In this document: piece by piece, positions 6,620 through 10,080 of the stretch
Layout: each line of letters opens with the position of its first letter
Position numbering within the stretch: position 1 is the first letter of the stretch
Source of the DNA: a virus
Length of the DNA stretch: 10,080 nucleotides
Virus genome (UHGV): UHGV-1553573
Direction: 5' to 3' (one strand)
The notes under the pieces: model-generated
Databases searched by the model: none
What the model was told of the DNA's origin: nothing
Seen by the model: only the letters and a program-made list of their open reading frames with translations
Position numbers and translations under genes: made by a program

Positions 6620-6868
6620 ATGAAAGGTGCATTAGGTAAGAAAGAACTCCTGGCGGTGGTGCCACTGTCATGGAGCACTATCGACCGTATGGAGCGCGCA
6701 GGGGAATTTCCTAAACGCTGGTATATCACCGATAAACGCTGCGCATGGAACCGTGATGAAGTTGAGCGTTGGCTTGATGAACGTCAGGCAGCAAGCCCGG
6801 CAGAGTTCCAGGGTAAAAAGCCTCCTGTTCAGCAACGTGTATATCGTCCCGTGAGCAACGCTGCATGA
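6620..6868 (+). CDS. AlpA-family phage transcriptional regulator / excisionase-like DNA-binding protein, 82 aa
   Basis: LLAVVPLSWSTIDRMERAGEFPKRWYITDKRCAWNRDEVERWLDE fits the AlpA/Xis-type pattern (S-x-S-T-I, FPK, W...EV..WL); AGAGAGG 5 nt upstream of the ATG. Confidence 0.7.
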   Translation: MKGALGKKELLAVVPLSWSTIDRMERAGEFPKRWYITDKRCAWNRDEVERWLDERQAASPAEFQGKKPPVQQRVYRPVSNAA

Positions 6869-6977
6869 GTGCGCTGCTAAGGCACTGGAGCAAATGGTCA
6901 GGATGGTACTTATTCCTGGCCTCTGTTTCAGCATGGCTTTATCTGCTGGCATTAATTTTCAGAGAGGGTTGGATTAA

Positions 6978-7277
6978 GTGAGAAAGTTAAGCCGACTTGA
7001 AAAATATCACATGAATAAGGTTTCAATGCGCAGTCCGTCAAAGATTGTCGCCGTTACTCCTGCGGCGATAGAGATCGAAAAACGCGCGATTGAAAGAGAG
7101 AAAAAAGGGCAATTCCGCATTGCCGCTCACCTTTGGCTTCAGTGTATGGATGTTGCTTCTGGTGATGTTGAACGTGCAAGGATCGCGGTTCGCAGGGACC
7201 AATGTATCACAAAAGGTAACGGCCTTCGCCGTGGCGACTATAGCGGCATAGGATGTTGTGGGGTGGTTTATGACTAA
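6978..7277 (+). CDS. Hypothetical protein, start uncertain (GTG 6978, ATG 7011 or ATG 7026)
   Basis: ORF track entry; GAGAGGG about 9 nt upstream of the GTG; its last codons overlap the methyltransferase ATG by 8 nt. Confidence 0.45.
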   Translation: MRKLSRLEKYHMNKVSMRSPSKIVAVTPAAIEIEKRAIEREKKGQFRIAAHLWLQCMDVASGDVERARIAVRRDQCITKGNGLRRGDYSGIGCCGVVYD

Positions 7278-7920
7278 GAAATACACACTAATCTATGCAG
7301 ATCCACCCTGGGTATACCGGGACAAAGCCGCAGATGGTAATCGCGGTGCCGGTTTTAAATATCCGGTTATGAGTGTGCTGGATATCTGCCGCCTTCCTGT
7401 GTGGGATTTGGCCGATGAAAACTGTCTGTTGGCCATGTGGTGGGTGCCAACACAACCACTCGAAGCACTAAAAGTTGTTGAAGCCTGGGGATTCCGTCTG
7501 ATGACGATGAAGGGCTTCACGTGGATAAAATGTGGTAGTCGACAACCAGATAAACTGGTTATGGGTATGGGACACATGACTCGCGCCAATAGTGAAGATT
7601 GCCTGTTTGCGGTAAAGGGAAAACTACCTACGCGCATTAATGCAGGGATCGTTCAGTCATTTACCGCACCGCGGCTTGAGCATTCAAGAAAGCCAGATAT
7701 CGTTCGTGAAAAACTTGTGCAATTATTAGGCGATGTTTCTCGCATTGAACTGTTCGCCCGCCAGACGTCTCATGGCTTCGATGTTTGGGGTAATCAGTGC
7801 GAAGACCCGGCAGTGCAACTACACCCTGGATACGCGTTGGATATCGGCGGATTAACAAATGCATTCAGCAATGCTCCGCTGTCACCAACAGACAACCAGG
7901 GGCGGGAGCGTGCAGCATGA
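7270..7920 (+). CDS. MT-A70-family N6-adenine DNA methyltransferase with no restriction partner in the window
   Basis: N-terminal [10 protein letters not shown] (DPPW catalytic motif) and later EHSRKP, both typical of this family. Start placed at the ATG at 7270 ([14 protein letters not shown]) rather than the track's GTG at 7258; stop overlaps the phosphatase start. Confidence 0.75.
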   Translation: MTKKYTLIYADPPWVYRDKAADGNRGAGFKYPVMSVLDICRLPVWDLADENCLLAMWWVPTQPLEALKVVEAWGFRLMTMKGFTWIKCGSRQPDKLVMGMGHMTRANSEDCLFAVKGKLPTRINAGIVQSFTAPRLEHSRKPDIVREKLVQLLGDVSRIELFARQTSHGFDVWGNQCEDPAVQLHPGYALDIGGLTNAFSNAPLSPTDNQGRERAA

Positions 7921-8576
7921 ACCTATATCAACGCATCAATGGCGCTGACTGGTGCAATATCTTCGTCGTCGGCGATCTGCATGGGTGCTACACGCTGCTG
8001 ATGAACGAACTCGACAAAGTTTCATTCGACCCGGCGCGCGATTTGCTTATTTCCGTTGGTGACCTTGTTGACCGCGGCGCTGAAAACGTCGAATGCCTGG
8101 ATTTGATTACTATGCCGTGGTTCCGAGCTGTTCGTGGCAACCATGAGCAGATGATGCTGGATGCACTGGTCAACGGCGGAAGTTTCGGACATTGGATGTC
8201 AAACGGCGGTGGATGGTGGCACCAACTTGATTCTGAGCAGGATGTGCAACTCAAATACCTTCTGCCAAAGGTTACCAACCTCCCGATGATTATCGAACTG
8301 GTTACCGGCAATAAGAAGGTCGTCATCTGCCACGCAGACTACCCGCACAACGAATACGCATTCGATAAGCCAGTACCGGAAGAAATGGTGATATGGAATC
8401 GTGAGCGGGTTAGCGACGCGCAGGACGGTATTGTCTCGGAGATAACCGGTGCCGATTTGTTCATCTTCGGTCATACGCCAGCACATCACCCACTGGTGTA
8501 TGCAAACCAAATGTACATCGACACCGGCGCAGTGTTCTGCGGAAATCTGACGCTTACCAAAGTCCAGGAAGGATAG
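7917..8576 (+). CDS. Lambda-type Ser/Thr protein phosphatase (PPP-family metallophosphatase), 219 aa
   Basis: GDLHG, GDLVDRG and GNHE motifs plus the extended run [17 protein letters not shown]...[14 protein letters not shown]...VICHADYP...FIFGHTP...[16 protein letters not shown], which matches lambda phosphatase as I recall it. Start at the ATG at 7917, overlapping the methyltransferase stop (ATGA). Confidence 0.85.
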   Translation: MNLYQRINGADWCNIFVVGDLHGCYTLLMNELDKVSFDPARDLLISVGDLVDRGAENVECLDLITMPWFRAVRGNHEQMMLDALVNGGSFGHWMSNGGGWWHQLDSEQDVQLKYLLPKVTNLPMIIELVTGNKKVVICHADYPHNEYAFDKPVPEEMVIWNRERVSDAQDGIVSEITGADLFIFGHTPAHHPLVYANQMYIDTGAVFCGNLTLTKVQEG

Positions 8577-8578
8577 AA

Positions 8579-9835
8579 TTATTTATTACTGTCTTCCATC
8601 CACTTCTCAAACTTCGACGGGGAGAACGGAATCAGATCCGTATGCTCCCCGTTAATCCAGGAATCAATCATATCGGCCCACTGCTGCAACATGTAGGCGC
8701 GCTGTCTGGCGTATTCCGCTTTGTTATATACGGCGCGCACACCTTTCTGCTCGTGTGCCAGAGCCTTTTCAATCCAGTCTGAAGGATAACCAGCCTCATG
8801 CAACAATGTACTGGCTGTACGGCGCATATCATGTACAGTAAAATCCTGAATATGCTCACCATCTTCATTTATTATTTTCACCGTTCTGTCGATCAGAGAG
8901 TTCAGCGCGGCATTAGATAATGGCTTCCGGAAATTGTAACGACCAGGAACCAGATATTCACTTCCACCAGCGCACATCTGCAACCCGACTAATATATCCT
9001 GTGCCTGTTTAGGCAGGTAAATAACGTGCGCCCGACTTCCCTTCATGCGGTCTGAAGGAATTGTCCATGTCCATTTTTTAAAATCTATTTCATCCCACGT
9101 TGCATTGGTGAATTCTCCCTTACGAACCATGGTGATAAGCACCAGCTTTAAAGCCATTTTCATAGTGCCCATAGCACCAATGGCATCCAGCGTGCGGAAG
9201 AACAGGCCAATTTCTTCTGGTGTCAGTGTTCGCTCTCGTGGTTTAAATATGGCGATAGACGAAGGTTTAATGTCAGCCGCAGGATTAAACAAACCATGAC
9301 CACGGTCATTGGCGTGACGGTATACGCTGCTGATGATCTCCCTGGCCTGTACTGCTGTTGCCCGACCACCGCGTTCGACAATCCGGTCACACAAATCACG
9401 AACCATTGATGTGGTAATTTCAGCCATCATTTTGTTGCCAAGAACCGGAAGTATGTCACGGTCGATCACCGCCTGCTTCATTGCGCGGGTACTGTCAGCC
9501 AGGATGACGTGTTTCATATAACTGTCGGTATGTACCGCAAACGTCTCGGCACCACGAATCTTTTTAATACCGTCACGTTTAGCCGCAGCCGGTGACTGGC
9601 CTGCTTTAAGCAGCTTCTTTGCAGCAATCAGTTCTTCTCGCGCTTCTGCCAGGCTGATACCGTCACGCCCATACTGCCCGATTACCAGTGTTTCGCGGCG
9701 ACCGTTGATACGGTAGTCATAGCGAAACGAGACCGTGCCTGACGTAAGCACAGCTACATACAGCCCGTCACGATCGGAGACCTTGTACAGTTTGTCCTGC
9801 GGCTTGAGGTTTTTTAATTTTGTATCGGTAAGCAC
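8579..9835 (-). CDS. int: P4-type tyrosine integrase, 418 aa
   Basis: N-terminus LTDTKLKNLKPQDKLYKVSDRDGLYVAV is typical of P4-like integrase arm domains; C-terminal HDMRRT ... ALAHEQKGVRAVYNKAEY fits the H-x-x-R ... Y catalytic region. GTG start at 9833-9835 with GGGTGA upstream; convergent with the phosphatase gene, 2 bp apart. Confidence 0.85.
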   Translation of the reverse strand: MLTDTKLKNLKPQDKLYKVSDRDGLYVAVLTSGTVSFRYDYRINGRRETLVIGQYGRDGISLAEAREELIAAKKLLKAGQSPAAAKRDGIKKIRGAETFAVHTDSYMKHVILADSTRAMKQAVIDRDILPVLGNKMMAEITTSMVRDLCDRIVERGGRATAVQAREIISSVYRHANDRGHGLFNPAADIKPSSIAIFKPRERTLTPEEIGLFFRTLDAIGAMGTMKMALKLVLITMVRKGEFTNATWDEIDFKKWTWTIPSDRMKGSRAHVIYLPKQAQDILVGLQMCAGGSEYLVPGRYNFRKPLSNAALNSLIDRTVKIINEDGEHIQDFTVHDMRRTASTLLHEAGYPSDWIEKALAHEQKGVRAVYNKAEYARQRAYMLQQWADMIDSWINGEHTDLIPFSPSKFEKWMEDSNK

Positions 9836-9948
9836 AATTCACCCGTATAGAAACCATTTTCATGACGGTATGAGAGTATACCTTTAAGGTAATACCGTCA
9901 CCTGTACCGACGAAAAATATGGTGTAGAGTGAATAGAAATGAATACAT
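9836..9948 (-). promoter_or_regulatory. Integrase upstream region: candidate int promoter, operator-like palindrome and nested inverted repeats (possible att-proximal sequence)
   Basis: On the minus strand TATACT (plus 9875-9880) is a near-consensus -10; ATACC TTTAA GGTAA at 9878-9892 is a one-mismatch member of the operator family; a 9-bp inverted repeat TGACGGTAT / ATACCGTCA (9863-9871 and 9892-9900) brackets it. Confidence 0.35.
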
Positions 9949-9979
9949 AAAAACAAAAACCCTCTGTAAAAACAGAGGG
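9949..9979 (-). terminator. Intrinsic terminator for the gene entering from the right edge
   Basis: 7-bp stem CCCTCTG / CAGAGGG (9960-9966 and 9973-9979, loop TAAAAA) followed on the minus strand by TTTTTGTTTTT. Confidence 0.55.
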
Positions 9980-10027
9980 TTAAATTAGTATCTGAATAGG
10001 AATGAGTTGCTATGAGTTAGCTGTTAA

Positions 10028-10080
10028 TCATTCCCACTCAATGGTAGCTGGCGGCTTGCCGCTGATGTCATACACCACGC
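10028..10080 (-). CDS. 3' end of a probable chromosomal gene (last 16 codons only)
   Basis: Minus-strand frame reads VVYDISGKPPATIEWE then stop (TGA at plus 10028-10030), followed 50 nt downstream by the terminator. Too short to identify. Confidence 0.25.
   Translation of the reverse strand, partial: VVYDISGKPPATIEWE

Larger units (their letters stand above)
1..9960. mobile_element. Prophage early region: lambdoid replication, immunity and recombination modules with a P4-type integrase end; the right boundary is approximate
   Basis: Gene content and order (O/P-like replication genes with iterons, Cro-like/repressor divergent pair, exo-bet pair, AlpA, integrase next to a terminator and a probable host gene end). 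No structural genes in this window. Confidence 0.7.

Noticed and set aside
7253-7275. Sequence GTGGTTTATGAC resembling the window end (GTGGTGTATGAC, reverse strand of 10063-10080), considered as a possible internal att-core copy
   Set aside because: Only about 11 of 12 bases match, it lies inside a coding overlap in the middle of the element, and an att direct repeat should be at the opposite prophage boundary; most likely chance.
9836-10080. Looked for a tRNA or tmRNA gene next to the integrase, the usual P4-type integration target
   Set aside because: No cloverleaf-compatible sequence or conserved T-loop/CCA-end was found by eye; the flank instead looks like the 3' end of a protein-coding gene with its terminator. 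A tRNA further right, outside the window, cannot be excluded.

Overview
The window reads as the early/regulatory arm of a mosaic lambdoid-type prophage or prophage remnant, running up to its integrase end and the chromosome junction. All calls are from reading the ORF translations and DNA by eye; no searches were run. Left to right: a leftward operon (partial ORF, 187-aa hypothetical, small PD-(D/E)XK-like protein, lambda P-like helicase loader, lambda O-like initiator with ori iterons inside it, small zinc-finger protein, Cro/YdaS-like HTH protein); a divergent control region; a rightward 194-aa tandem-HTH repressor-like gene with terminator; a strong promoter driving two small ORFs, a RecE-like exonuclease and a Bet/RecT-family annealing protein; an AlpA-family regulator; a coupled hypothetical/MT-A70 methyltransferase/lambda-type Ser/Thr phosphatase operon; a convergent P4-type tyrosine integrase; and the 3' end of a probable host gene with its terminator. 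The most striking signal is a 15-bp palindrome, TTACC-N5-GGTAA, at nine positions, all intergenic and all at promoters, which suggests one repressor directly controls at least five transcription units. No rRNA, tRNA, CRISPR array or IS element was seen.
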